DNA from: Promethearchaeota archaeon | Lineage (GTDB): Archaea > Asgardarchaeota > Odinarchaeia > Odinarchaeales > JBHLKK01 | Length of the DNA: 15,180 nucleotides | Reading direction: 5' to 3' | Assembly (NCBI GenBank): GCA_048939465.1 | Contig: JBHLPL010000042.1 | Span: 1-15,180 of the forward strand | In this document: positions 14,216-15,180 of the stretch, piece by piece | Layout: every line of letters starts with the position of its first letter | Numbering within the stretch: position 1 is the stretch's first letter | Made by a program: the position numbers and the translations under genes | The notes under the pieces: generated by a model | The model's database searches: none | The model's input: the letters and a program-made list of their open reading frames with translations, nothing else | What the model was told of the DNA's origin: nothing

Positions 14216-15180
14216 TTGAACACAGTAGAAGCCTTTACCGACGCCCCTCGTTTCAAGTGGTTAGTTCTGGCTCTGACTAGTGCTTCTGCCCTCCTGGCAT
14301 ACATTCACGTTTTTATGTATCCGCCACTGATTCCGAGTTTCATCTCTGAGCTTGATATAACTTACGCTGAAGCGTCATTATTAATCGTGTCTTTTGGTTT
14401 TGCATATGCTTCCAGCGGAGTTGTTTGGGGACACATCATCAATCGCTACGGTGCTAGGTGGATTCTTTTGATCGGGCTATTTTGCATTTCAATTCCTCAA
14501 TTTATCATCGGCTTATTGCCCCCTTTTTACATAATGATAGCACTCAGATTTATCCTTGGCCTCGGAGTGTCCAATATCCGTGTAACGGGGATAAGTTATC
14601 TGCATTCATGGTTCTTTTCTTCGGAGGTAAGCAAGGCAATAGGCATTTTCAACGCATCCGTTCTCGTAGGAATGTCAATTGCTCTTGCGACACCTCCTAT
14701 TCTCCAGATCTATTTTGGGTGGCTATTCCCTTTCATGTTTTTTTCGCTGATTACCTTCTTCTTCATAATGGTCTTTGCTGCTTTAACGCAGAAAACACCT
14801 GGCTCAATGCAGCTAATGTTTGAGAAGAACTCAGAGAAGGAGTCGGAGGGGTCTCCCGGGTCTAACGAGTCTGTATATCGAAACCCCTCCGTCATAATAC
14901 TGGGATTTATGGCATTCTCTCTATACTTCGCCGTCTACGCCGCCCTATCGTGGATACCATCTTACGTTTATGAGGTGGGTAATCTGTCTGAACTCGAAAG
15001 GGGTATCGTACTTCCCTTTTTGACTCTTGTAGGGATACCCGCTTCTTTGACAGGTGGATTCATTGGCGACAGAACTGGAAAGAGAGTCCTGGTTACGGCT
15101 GTGGGGTTGGGGATTAATGTTAGTATATTGATTCTTGCTGGCCCCCCGATAACAAACCTCGCCTACCTGCTGGGCACGCT
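14216..15180 (+). CDS. MFS transporter, truncated at the window end (absent from the ORF track)
   Basis: Manual translation from TTG 14216 (SD GAGGAG at 14201-14206) gives MNTVEAFTDAPRFKWLVLALT...WGHIINRYGARW (motif A)...LRFILGLG...GGFIGDRTGKR (second motif A). The frame is open for 321 codons with repeated TM helices. Confidence 0.92.
   Translation, partial: MNTVEAFTDAPRFKWLVLALTSASALLAYIHVFMYPPLIPSFISELDITYAEASLLIVSFGFAYASSGVVWGHIINRYGARWILLIGLFCISIPQFIIGLLPPFYIMIALRFILGLGVSNIRVTGISYLHSWFFSSEVSKAIGIFNASVLVGMSIALATPPILQIYFGWLFPFMFFSLITFFFIMVFAALTQKTPGSMQLMFEKNSEKESEGSPGSNESVYRNPSVIILGFMAFSLYFAVYAALSWIPSYVYEVGNLSELERGIVLPFLTLVGIPASLTGGFIGDRTGKRVLVTAVGLGINVSILILAGPPITNLAYLLGT

Noticed and set aside
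14458-14895. ORF-track entries 14458-14823 (+) and 14710-14895 (-)
   Set aside because: Off-frame or antisense to the MFS gene starting at 14216, which the track missed because it has no stop inside the window.

Overview
Archaeal chromosomal window, about 44% GC by eye. The GEFEAGIGPGG insert in EF-1alpha and the gins23-mcm adjacency point to a TACK or Asgard lineage, not resolvable further here. Gene order: mcm (runs off the left edge, interrupted by an intein) and gins23 on the minus strand; then on plus a threonine-synthase-like protein fused to a winged-helix domain, an orphan ECF S-component and a small HExxH metalloprotease; two tandem rhomboid paralogues and glmS on minus; tuf-rps10; and an iorA-iorB-paaK-MFS operon running off the right edge. 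The best candidate for an undescribed system is 1761-3877. It contains a fold-type-II PLP pseudoenzyme (Schiff-base Lys->Arg) with a C-terminal wHTH, followed by a perfect 12-bp inverted repeat around the TATA box of an HmpT/PdxU2-like (vitamin B6-type) S-component. This looks like a B6-sensing regulator/transporter module analogous to bacterial MocR/PdxR. Other highlights are an active rhomboid paired with a His->Asn rhomboid pseudoprotease, and an intein at the MCM 'b' site that the ORF track misses. No tRNA, rRNA, CRISPR array or IS element was recognised. All motif calls were made by eye, without database searches.
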